Positions 1 through 8,824 of a DNA stretch of 64,000 bases are shown here, piece after piece. Within the stretch, counting starts at the first letter, position 1; every line of letters begins with the position of its first letter. Both the position numbers and the translations under genes were made by a program. Source of the stretch: an uncultured archaeon (GTDB lineage Archaea > Asgardarchaeota > Lokiarchaeia > Sigyniarchaeales > SOKP01); NCBI GenBank assembly GCA_964486045.1, contig CAZALK010000012.1:32001-96000 (forward strand), given 5' to 3'. The notes beneath the pieces were generated by a model that was given only the letters and a program-made list of their open reading frames with translations, had not been told where the DNA came from and did not search any database.

Positions 1-135
1 ATAGTGTTTGTATTCTGAGGAGTCTATGCTACCGCGTAAAATATCGGCTGCGGTCCATAAAAATGATTCTAACTTATCGAGGGCTAATTTCGGCATTTTT
101 CGACCCGACCATTTGTCTAATTCTTTTTGAGGCAT
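1..135 (-). CDS. hsdM: Type I restriction-modification methyltransferase subunit M, N-terminal 45 codons (runs off window start; not in ORF track)
   Basis: Manual translation from ATG at 135: MPQKELDKWSGRKMPKLALDKLESFLWTAADILRGSIDSSEYKHY. LESFLW-AADILRG-D-SEYK is the HsdM N-terminal motif. Confidence 0.88.
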   Translation of the reverse strand, partial: MPQKELDKWSGRKMPKLALDKLESFLWTAADILRGSIDSSEYKHY

Positions 136-489
136 TTTTCTACATTCACTCTAAATATAAAAATCATTATATTATTTACAATTTTCAGTTTTTTTATTAG
201 TTTCTCTTAGTGAATTAATAACTGGGGTCTTAATCTTAAAATTAATTGGATAATAGGAAAAACAAAATCAGATATTATCTTCTTTAGATGGATTTTCAAT
301 TATCAAGAAGTGTTAATCTCTTATCCCCCATCCATTTTATATTAGTAAGAAGTAATAATTAAGTAGAATAAGTCAACAATTTTGGATTAAATATAGTAAA
401 TTCTAAATTTTTTGAGAAAAATGAATATTAAGTCTAGATTAGCATTATTTAGCTTGATTAAAAAATTTCCAAATTAAAGAGGAGAGTTA

Positions 490-2883
490 ATGGAATATGT
501 AAACTATAATGGTAAAAAATATCTAGTTAACAACTTTAAGTTAGATTTAAGTGGAGAAGGCATCAAGGATATAGCTCAAATTAAGAATTTAAAAAATCTT
601 ACAACTGTTAAATCATTAGATCTTTGGAACAATTCTATTTCAAATATCAGCGGGTTTGGAGAAATACCACAATTACAAGAATTAAATTTACGAGATAACA
701 ATATAGTTGAAGTCTGCGGTTTAGATAACCTTGAGAATCTTGAGGTACTAAATATTGCAAATAATAAGATTAAAAACCTTTCAGGTTTAAAAACCTTAAA
801 AAAATTGAAAAACCTAGAAATACACGGCAATCAAATTGAAGATATAAATGGCTTAAACAAATTAACTAATCTTGAAAAATTAGGACTAAGTAGTAATAAA
901 ATAAGTAAGATATCAGGATTAGATTCATTAGAAAAATTAAAAGATTTATATTTAAACAATAATCAGATTGAAAAAATAGAAAATATTAATCATTTATCAT
1001 CTCTTTCTTACATAGATCTTAGCTCAAATCCAATTGACGAAATCGCTGGTTTTGAAAACCTAACAAACTTAAAAAACATCAAGTTAAATAACACGTTAAT
1101 TAAAGAGGAATTGTTCACAAAGTTAGGAGGTCTTAAAGCTGATTTATCCAGCAGCTATACAGTTAAGGAGCCACAGAACCTTGTGAAATATTGTCGAGGG
1201 GATTATGTTGAGTATCAAGATAAGTATTTTTTCTTGAATGGCAAAACGCTTGAATTGAACAAACTAAGAATTAAAGATATCAGTGATATTAAACGGTTAA
1301 AGGAATTAGATTTTTTGGAACATTTAAAATTAGCTAACAATCAAATAAAAGAAATTAAAAATCTAAACGCTCTTGTCAATTTGAAAAGTCTAGCCCTTAG
1401 TAGTAATCAAATAGAGAAAATTAAAAATCTTGATTCCTTAAGTAACTTAGAAATACTCGCACTTAATGATAATCAAATACTGGAAATCAATGGACTCGAT
1501 AAATTAGAAAAACTCCAAAAACTAAATATGAGTAATAATAATATCACTAAAATTAAGGGTCTTAAAAATCTACAACATCTAAAACAATTAATATTATCTG
1601 GAAATAGCATTAATTCAATTGAAGACCTACAAATGCTTAAAAATTTGGAGTATTTGCATATAGCAAGTAATAATATCAATAAATTTCAAGGACTAGATAT
1701 ACAAATAAATTTAAAATGGTTATATTTAGAAAATAATAATTTAACTTCCGTAAAGGGGATTGAAAAGTTAAGTCGTTTAGAGATTTTGAATTTAAATAAT
1801 AATTCAATTAATGACATTGAATACATTACTGAGTGTATAACTTTAAAAAAATTATATCTGGGGAATAATAAAATAGCCAAATTTGAGGATTTAGGAAATT
1901 TGGTTAATTTAATCTTTCTTAACATCGAAAACAATAAGATTGATGCCAATTTATATGAAATTTTAAAATTAACAGACAACAGCCCTCGATTGTTTGTGAG
2001 TTATTGCCTTCTAAGGCAATTAATAGAAAATATGGAAAAGAAAATTATATGGTCTGATTCTATAAGGAAATATCCTTACTTAAAAGGTATAAATTATGAT
2101 GAACTTAGAAAAATTTCGTCTAGATTTAGATATGTGGAAATTCTAATAAATAATAATTATGAGATTCAGGCTATTGTGACTCCTGAATGTTTAGTAGTCG
2201 AACTTGATACAATATTAGAACCTTTCCCTGAAAATGAAGATTTAAGTTATACTTTTTTAAGAGAAAAATTAAAATTAATAACTGATAAGGCTGCTAAAGA
2301 ATTTAGTCTATATATAAAAGAAAAAAGATTATCAAAGTATCCCATATATGAAACTGAAAAAGGAATAAGAAAATTAGGAAAAGAACAATTAACACATCAA
2401 CTAGTTATTTATGATGCACCAAATCAAAGATTTTTTCTCAACAGAAGTCAATTTGAGTTTAGACTAAAGCAGATTGACAAATTTCTTACATTTAATAAGA
2501 AACAATCTTCCCAAATTTATAAATATGCATTTATCACTGATGAGATAATTAAAAATAATAGTGCAGCAATTAACTTTTTAGAACAAAAATTAAATTGGCA
2601 TTTGATCTATGTCTCTAAAGATGAAAAAACCACAGATATCGATGCTAAGATTACAACTTTTGTTAACGATCTAAATAACCTTTATTCAAGAAGATGGGAT
2701 ACAATTCATCTAATAACAGCTGACCACCAATTAATAAATTTCTTTTTAAATACTTTTAAAACCACTCCTTTAACGAATCTCTTCTTTATTACTAATCCTG
2801 ATGAAGATCTCCTTACATCTATAGGTGAACTGAAAAAATATGATAATGACAACCTAAATTTAAATATTTATCATAGAGCTTGA
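490..2883 (+). CDS. Leucine-rich-repeat protein (two SDS22-like LRR blocks) with C-terminal NYN/PIN-like domain
   Basis: About 20 LxxLxLxxNxI repeats of 22 aa. C-terminal motifs VIYDAPN...KTTDIDAKI...DTIHLITADHQL resemble NYN/LabA. GGAG upstream of the ATG. Confidence 0.85.
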   Translation: MEYVNYNGKKYLVNNFKLDLSGEGIKDIAQIKNLKNLTTVKSLDLWNNSISNISGFGEIPQLQELNLRDNNIVEVCGLDNLENLEVLNIANNKIKNLSGLKTLKKLKNLEIHGNQIEDINGLNKLTNLEKLGLSSNKISKISGLDSLEKLKDLYLNNNQIEKIENINHLSSLSYIDLSSNPIDEIAGFENLTNLKNIKLNNTLIKEELFTKLGGLKADLSSSYTVKEPQNLVKYCRGDYVEYQDKYFFLNGKTLELNKLRIKDISDIKRLKELDFLEHLKLANNQIKEIKNLNALVNLKSLALSSNQIEKIKNLDSLSNLEILALNDNQILEINGLDKLEKLQKLNMSNNNITKIKGLKNLQHLKQLILSGNSINSIEDLQMLKNLEYLHIASNNINKFQGLDIQINLKWLYLENNNLTSVKGIEKLSRLEILNLNNNSINDIEYITECITLKKLYLGNNKIAKFEDLGNLVNLIFLNIENNKIDANLYEILKLTDNSPRLFVSYCLLRQLIENMEKKIIWSDSIRKYPYLKGINYDELRKISSRFRYVEILINNNYEIQAIVTPECLVVELDTILEPFPENEDLSYTFLREKLKLITDKAAKEFSLYIKEKRLSKYPIYETEKGIRKLGKEQLTHQLVIYDAPNQRFFLNRSQFEFRLKQIDKFLTFNKKQSSQIYKYAFITDEIIKNNSAAINFLEQKLNWHLIYVSKDEKTTDIDAKITTFVNDLNNLYSRRWDTIHLITADHQLINFFLNTFKTTPLTNLFFITNPDEDLLTSIGELKKYDNDNLNLNIYHRA

Positions 2884-3021
2884 AAATATTGATATGTATT
2901 AAGCCTTTTAGTCGCTGTAAATATTAAACTCTAGATAATTTTCTATTCATAATTTAAATAAGAAAAGACAATTTCGTATAATATCATCAATTGATTTATC
3001 CCCATAAGAAAACTCAAAAAA

Positions 3022-4020
3022 ATGATTGATAAAATCGAGAAAATTGGACAAAAGTTATTAGGAGATATGTATTCTCATGGTTTTTCGACATCTTATGATA
3101 AAGACTTAATACAATTATTTCCAGAACAGAAAGAAAGGGACATTAAAGATGCTGTGAAGTTTCTTTCCAAAAAAGGATTTATTAAAGTTATAGGTATGGA
3201 TTATATTTCCCATAACTTTTTCCTTAAAGATTTTTCTGGTAACATTACTGATATAGGTGTTTTAAACATAGAAGACAATGATTTTAATGATCAGGATAAA
3301 TATAGTGTTGAAATAATTAGATTTTTACAAATAATTGATGACTCAAATGAAGAATCTTTATTTATTGATAAAATAATCCCAAGAATAATACAGAAAGGTT
3401 CAAAAAAAACAGAGGAGGATTTAAGGTTTTTCATTTGTACTTGTATAGAATATTCTTGTAATGTACAAAAAACATGGTCTGGAAGTGGTATAATTAGTCA
3501 ATTATATGTAAATAACAATACTTCTCCAATTACAGATATAGGTATGAATATCCTACAAGATTTTATCAACAAAACTGAAATTTTAACAAGTCCTTTAATA
3601 ACAAATAGAGATATGATAATAGAAGAATACAATTCTCTTGTATTTTTAATAAAAAACAAGTTATGGAAAGATGCATGCATTAAAATGGGTTCAATTTTAG
3701 AGTATCTTTTAACAAAATGGTTAGAATCTAAAAAAATTGCACAAATTAATCATATACAGGATAAGAAGCTAAAATCCTTGGATAAAGCCTGGTTTTATGA
3801 TAAAATAATGTATTACATTGAAACAGCTCGATATGATTATAACAATGAAATTGGGAATGGTCCTCAATGGGAAATTGTTAACAAAGTAATTCGGGGATAC
3901 AGAAATTACATTCATCTGCAAAAATATGAAAAAAGAATTGCAAAAGATGGATATTTAGAAAAAAATGATTATGAGTTATTAAACATACCATTTAATCAAA
4001 TTATAAACTATTTTAAGTAA
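3022..4020 (+). CDS. Hypothetical protein: winged-helix-like N-terminus and C-terminal HEPN-like (DUF4145-like) domain
   Basis: ACIKMGSILEYLL helix followed by IRGYRNYIH (R...H motif, RNYIH at 3901-3915); N-terminal VKFLSKKGFI...ITDIG wHTH-like pattern. Confidence 0.6.
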   Translation: MIDKIEKIGQKLLGDMYSHGFSTSYDKDLIQLFPEQKERDIKDAVKFLSKKGFIKVIGMDYISHNFFLKDFSGNITDIGVLNIEDNDFNDQDKYSVEIIRFLQIIDDSNEESLFIDKIIPRIIQKGSKKTEEDLRFFICTCIEYSCNVQKTWSGSGIISQLYVNNNTSPITDIGMNILQDFINKTEILTSPLITNRDMIIEEYNSLVFLIKNKLWKDACIKMGSILEYLLTKWLESKKIAQINHIQDKKLKSLDKAWFYDKIMYYIETARYDYNNEIGNGPQWEIVNKVIRGYRNYIHLQKYEKRIAKDGYLEKNDYELLNIPFNQIINYFK

Positions 4021-6028
4021 TCTCTTGAAGTGCACGATCAAGTTTATGGTTTAATGTTTTGATTAAGTATTTCTCACCTGTAGCACCATTGATTACCAAT
4101 GCAAGTCTATTTTCTAATTGCGTTAAAATTTGCCTTTCGACAGGATCTTCAGAAAAAAGGAGATTATTAGGATAATCCTCCCTGAATATAACCTTAATGC
4201 TTGGTTGGGACACCACATCATCAAATAAACGAGCTGGAGATTGGTCTGCAATAATAAATCCAACACCACGGCTTCGATATTCCTTTAATAATTCCGAAAA
4301 AATTTTAGCCATTTGTTCTTTCATAATAAAATCAGCGTCATCACTATTTGTAGTAATGGGTTTTTCTGTAATAGCATGGGCTTCATCAATAACAATTAGG
4401 TATTTTAACTCCTCTGCTTCGCTATCTTTTGTCACAGTTCTTACAAGCTGAAATATCGAATTTACAATTAACATCTTTATAAATTTACTACACATAGACA
4501 AATCAAGAAATATTTTACTGCCGTTCAACCAATCTTCAACCCATTTAGGCAGTGATTCTGTGATTTTTAATACATCTTGAACTTTGTTTTCGTCAAAAGT
4601 GTTCATTCGATTTCTGAAAACCTGCAATAAATTAGCCTGCTCTTCAGGACCGTAAGGATTATTTCTAATGTACGTTTCTACACCCCTTAGTAAACCTATA
4701 AAGAATTCTGGCAGCTGACCCTTTAACTCTAAGAAACCCACTTCAGTACGATAAATAATCTTTTCAAACACATTCTTTAACCCTAAAGATGCGCAAATAT
4801 AGGTGGCGGTTTCCTGCAACCTTTTTTTTAGAGTTTCTTTCTCAGCGTCTATAAAATAAGGGATACTAAAATCCTCATCAGAATATTTTACTTTGCTAAA
4901 GTCTCGATAAAATATCTCCTGAGATTCTTTCGCCACATTAAGAACAAGGATGCCAACATTTTTAGCTTTAGTAGTAAGTTCTGCTATAAAACGAGCAAGA
5001 AAATAGGTTTTCCCACTGCCAGATTTCCCAAATATCGCCAAGTCTTGAGGAAGCTTATTAATTGGTATAAATGTTTCATGATCCGTTATAACACCGTCTT
5101 TAATATGGTTTCCGACACTTATGGCTTTTCTCTTGAATTCATCGTGAATGTCGATGTATCTGACGTTTTCATTTTCTAAAATGGGCAATCTGGGCAACGG
5201 AAGAGTCTCTGGAAAATCGAAATTAACATCTTCTTGAACATAATTTCTCAACGATTCTTTATTGTTGTTAAACACATCCCCTTTTAGTATATCTAAGTGT
5301 GAAATTTCTGAAGGAGTAATAATCCTCGCCCGATCACCCAATTGATTTTCAATATCCATAGATAAAAATTGGAGTATGCCTTCCAACTTTAATTTATCCT
5401 CAACCTCCGAGTTTTTTAAATGAAATTCTACAAAAATTCTTAAGTTGAATAAGTTTGACTGCTCTTGAGATTTTTCAGAACGAGGTTCTCTGCGCCATAG
5501 AATGAATAGCTGGACCGTATGTTTTGTAGTGTAATAAAAGGCACTAATAAATCTCTCAATGATGTTAATTTTATTCTTGATAAAACCTTGTGGCAGGATT
5601 ATTTCTAGTAAATGACCTTCCTTCTGGGTTTCGTGGTCTTGTTTCAGAATAGATTTTGCCTTAACTGTTCCGTCTAATCCCCTAAATTTATATTTTAAGT
5701 TTGAAAGCCAGGCATATCCCTTTTTAATTGCATCAGATTTCGAGTCTGACTTTGTAAAAAATACTACCTCTACATTGTCTTTTGCTGTGAGTTCGAGACC
5801 ATAACTACCTGGAGGATTGTAGCCAAAAGGATCATACAGAAAAGACCTAATGTCCTCATGCCTTTGATAAAAAGGGACTGCAGTTTCTGGAATAATATCC
5901 GGGATAAAAAGTTCTGGGGCTTGCGTTATCTGAATCCGAGTCTGCCAAAATGACTCATCCTCTTCTTTATTGGCTATTTGTTTAGGGCTCTCCGCCACTC
6001 TCAACCCCTGCCTTAGGATATTCCTCAT
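4013..6028 (-). CDS. HerA/FtsK/VirB4-superfamily P-loop ATPase (DUF87-like); probable start GTG at 5998
   Basis: Walker A GKSGSGKT, Walker B IVIDEAH, arginine-finger region EYRSRG, ADQSP motif; overlaps the stop of the upstream GIY-YIG gene. Confidence 0.85.
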   Translation of the reverse strand: MRNILRQGLRVAESPKQIANKEEDESFWQTRIQITQAPELFIPDIIPETAVPFYQRHEDIRSFLYDPFGYNPPGSYGLELTAKDNVEVVFFTKSDSKSDAIKKGYAWLSNLKYKFRGLDGTVKAKSILKQDHETQKEGHLLEIILPQGFIKNKINIIERFISAFYYTTKHTVQLFILWRREPRSEKSQEQSNLFNLRIFVEFHLKNSEVEDKLKLEGILQFLSMDIENQLGDRARIITPSEISHLDILKGDVFNNNKESLRNYVQEDVNFDFPETLPLPRLPILENENVRYIDIHDEFKRKAISVGNHIKDGVITDHETFIPINKLPQDLAIFGKSGSGKTYFLARFIAELTTKAKNVGILVLNVAKESQEIFYRDFSKVKYSDEDFSIPYFIDAEKETLKKRLQETATYICASLGLKNVFEKIIYRTEVGFLELKGQLPEFFIGLLRGVETYIRNNPYGPEEQANLLQVFRNRMNTFDENKVQDVLKITESLPKWVEDWLNGSKIFLDLSMCSKFIKMLIVNSIFQLVRTVTKDSEAEELKYLIVIDEAHAITEKPITTNSDDADFIMKEQMAKIFSELLKEYRSRGVGFIIADQSPARLFDDVVSQPSIKVIFREDYPNNLLFSEDPVERQILTQLENRLALVINGATGEKYLIKTLNHKLDRALQEIT

Positions 6029-7886
6029 CTATATCATCATAATCCTTATCCCCTTTCTCTTGAGGACTGTCAATTCCATCGAAATCACTACCTTTTTCTG
6101 TGATAGTGTCATCTAATCCATGATAATCAATATGAGATTCACCGTCATACTTATCGATTCCCTTGAAATCCTCTCCCTTATCCCCCCTGGTTTGATCAAT
6201 ACCTTCATAATCGTTAGATTGTTTCTCACCAGAAGCATCATGTACATGTCCGGAAGTAAACTTAGGTTTTTCGTCTCTTTTATCTCTACTCTTATCCAAA
6301 TCTGTTCTCTCTTTCGACTTTTCTTCATCTGATGAGACGAGTTCAAGAGGACCAATAATTATCCCCTTAGGAGGTTTTCTAGAAAATTCATTTGAGAGAT
6401 TATCAGAAGACTTTTCAAACTGATTTTCTTGTTGATCATCCGACTCATCGGTTGGGGCAACCATAGGGGATTCTTCAACGTCAATAATCTCTTCCTCTGA
6501 TGGGTCATCACTCTTCTCATCTTTTTGTTCTTCTGTAGACTTTTCTTTTTCCCCCTCAACTTCCTCTTCTTGATCTTTCTCAACTATTTCATCATCTTTT
6601 TTTTTTCTTGAATTTTTATCATCTAAAGAACCTTTATCTGTGTTTTTCGGAGTTGAATCCTTCCCTTCTAACTTTTCCTCGCTTGTTGTGTCCTCAGATT
6701 TTTCAGAATTATCTATGGATTCCTCATTATTTCCTTGCTCTTCTGCCTGTTTTTCCTGGATATCCTTCAACACATCATTTATATCTTTTCCTTGTAAGTA
6801 ATCCTTCAATTCTGTATAATTTTTTGGTCCATTGGGTCCAAACATTTCCTTGATTCTTTTAGTAAATGCAGTTTTCCCAATATCATACTTTTCAAGCATC
6901 TCCTTCTTAGGCATATTGTTTTTGATATCATTCAAAAATTGTCGTTTGTCACTTATCTCCTTCTTAGTTTTTTTTCCAATTTCACGCATTTTATTGATAA
7001 AATTAGGATCTTTTGCTCTCTCTTTCCTCTCATCCTCCTGTTTTTTTCTATATTCCGAATCATTACCCCATTTTTTTGTTATAGTTTTACTCATTTTCTC
7101 ACTATACCCTGGCCTTTGGGTAATCTCACGATTAATTTTTGTAATCTTTTCTCTCCATTCTGGATTCTTAGCCCTTTCTTGATTTATTTTTGTCATCTTC
7201 TCTCTCCATTCTGGATCCTTAGCCCTTTCTTGATTTATTTTTGTCATCTTCTCTCTCCATTCTGGATCCTTAGCCCTTTCTTGATTTATTTTTGTCATTT
7301 TCTCTCTCCATTCTGGATTCTTAGCCCTTTCTTGATTTATTTTTGTCATTTTCTCTCTCCATTCTGGATCCTTAGCCCTTTCTTGATTTATTTTTGTCAT
7401 TTTTTCAAGAAAATCTTTATTTTGTGTCAATTCCTTTCTAGCATTCATTTGCTTTTCGATATATTGTGGATCTTTATGCCATTTTTCGGACGAAATATTA
7501 CTTAATTTTTCTCTTACTTCTTGACTTGGTCTACCCCCCATTCCACCTTCAGTCATATTATAGCCTTTAGGAACCATTGAGTCATAATCCTTAATGTACT
7601 GAGTTTCTTTTTTATCTAATTCTTCTTGATTAGAAGCTACATCTTGTTCTATCAATTTAAAATTCTCTGGACCGTATTTAATAATGGCACTTTCTATAGA
7701 ACGAAGATTTTCTCCTCTTCTTTGTTTCGCATAAGCTTCTCGGACTTCTTCGTTCCAATGTTCTTTAATTGGAATTTTGTCATCTCCCCAACGACTTGTA
7801 ACAGTCTGTCCTAGATAATTCTTTCCATTCTCGTCATTATTTGCTCGATAAATATAACCAAAAGGAGCTTTTTCACTCTTAACCAT
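5982..7886 (-). CDS. GIY-YIG nuclease with 17-aa helical tandem repeats and long acidic C-terminal tail
   Basis: GYIY...NGKNYLGQT, AIIKYGPENF, ELDKKE, GYNMTEGG motifs. Start re-assigned to ATG 7886 (MVKSEK). Confidence 0.85.
   Translation of the reverse strand: MVKSEKAPFGYIYRANNDENGKNYLGQTVTSRWGDDKIPIKEHWNEEVREAYAKQRRGENLRSIESAIIKYGPENFKLIEQDVASNQEELDKKETQYIKDYDSMVPKGYNMTEGGMGGRPSQEVREKLSNISSEKWHKDPQYIEKQMNARKELTQNKDFLEKMTKINQERAKDPEWREKMTKINQERAKNPEWREKMTKINQERAKDPEWREKMTKINQERAKDPEWREKMTKINQERAKNPEWREKITKINREITQRPGYSEKMSKTITKKWGNDSEYRKKQEDERKERAKDPNFINKMREIGKKTKKEISDKRQFLNDIKNNMPKKEMLEKYDIGKTAFTKRIKEMFGPNGPKNYTELKDYLQGKDINDVLKDIQEKQAEEQGNNEESIDNSEKSEDTTSEEKLEGKDSTPKNTDKGSLDDKNSRKKKDDEIVEKDQEEEVEGEKEKSTEEQKDEKSDDPSEEEIIDVEESPMVAPTDESDDQQENQFEKSSDNLSNEFSRKPPKGIIIGPLELVSSDEEKSKERTDLDKSRDKRDEKPKFTSGHVHDASGEKQSNDYEGIDQTRGDKGEDFKGIDKYDGESHIDYHGLDDTITEKGSDFDGIDSPQEKGDKDYDDIDEEYPKAGVESGGEP
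7150..7404. repeat. Five tandem near-identical 51-bp repeats (coding: K[M/I]TKINQERAK[D/N]PEWRE)
   Basis: Unit tctctccattctggat[c/t]cttagccctttcttgatttatttttgtcat[c/t]tt[c/t] starts at 7150, 7201, 7252, 7303 and 7354. Confidence 0.97.
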
Positions 7887-8262
7887 TTTTATATTTTTGT
7901 CTGTTTTCAATACTGTTTTAAAACAAGTATTTAAACTACAAACTTGGGAAGAGTAGGTAATTAACACATAGAAATGACATTTTTGATTCAATAGAACTCT
8001 CTGAAAAATAAGTTAGCTTTATTTTTCATTTAAAAATAATCAACACTAGTATATGTAAAAATATTATAGAATCCGAGAAATAATGAAAATGTCATTTCAA
8101 ATATTTAAACTGCTAAAATGAGAGAAAAAACCTAATGATGATGTGAATTGAAGAAGATTTTGTTTAAAAAGATATATCCACAAACAAGCTAAACAATAAT
8201 TAAAATTTAGGAATTTAATTTTCTTTAAATACCTCTATTTTAAATTTGCATAAAAAAAAGTT

Positions 8263-8667
8263 GTGAAACTTATGAAGGAAGAAGTATATGAGAAAATAAA
8301 AGATGATCTCCCAGAACAGTTAAGGCAAGATATAAAGAAATACGGATTAGAAAATTTTGATTTTGAGATATTAGACTCCGCTTCTAGCAAGGAAGAGCTA
8401 GATAGAAAACAAAAAGAGTATATTAAGAAATACAATTCACTTGAGCCCCAGGGATACAATTTACCTGAAGAAAAAAAAAAGTATGAAGATATGAGCATTG
8501 ATGAAATTATTGAATTGCTCGTAGAAGTTAGAGTAGATTTGGATTTATTAAAAAAATCAATCACCTCAAAAGAAATAATAGAACAGCTAAAATGGGCAAT
8601 GAATGGAATTGACATCGTTGGGTGCGAACTCTCTCAAAATATTGCTAAAAAACTAAAAGGAAAGTAA
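8263..8667 (+). CDS. Truncated GIY-YIG-like protein (C-terminal half of the nuclease domain only) plus helical tail
   Basis: IKKYGLENFDFEILDSASSKEELDRKQKEYIKKYNSLEPQGYNL aligns with the neighbouring GIY-YIG protein, but there are no GIY/YIG strands. Confidence 0.7.
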   Translation: MKLMKEEVYEKIKDDLPEQLRQDIKKYGLENFDFEILDSASSKEELDRKQKEYIKKYNSLEPQGYNLPEEKKKYEDMSIDEIIELLVEVRVDLDLLKKSITSKEIIEQLKWAMNGIDIVGCELSQNIAKKLKGK

Positions 8668-8824
8668 ATTTTTTATATTTTTTTTTTGAGAAATTTCTCA
8701 TTTGGTATAATTTACGAAATTCGAGAAAATAAAGTAGAACTCTTCATGGATCTAATCCAGATTTGCACTAAACGAAAAGATAAAAAAGAAAAATAAAAAA
8801 GTTTTGATAATATTTACATAATGC

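Noticed and set aside
7150-7404. Possible CRISPR array
   Set aside because: The units are contiguous 51-bp repeats with no unique spacers, in frame within a CDS, and there are no cas genes.
6939-7505. 188-aa plus-strand ORF with repeats (also 6832-7182 and 6608-6853)
   Set aside because: Antisense shadow of the repeat region of the GIY-YIG gene.
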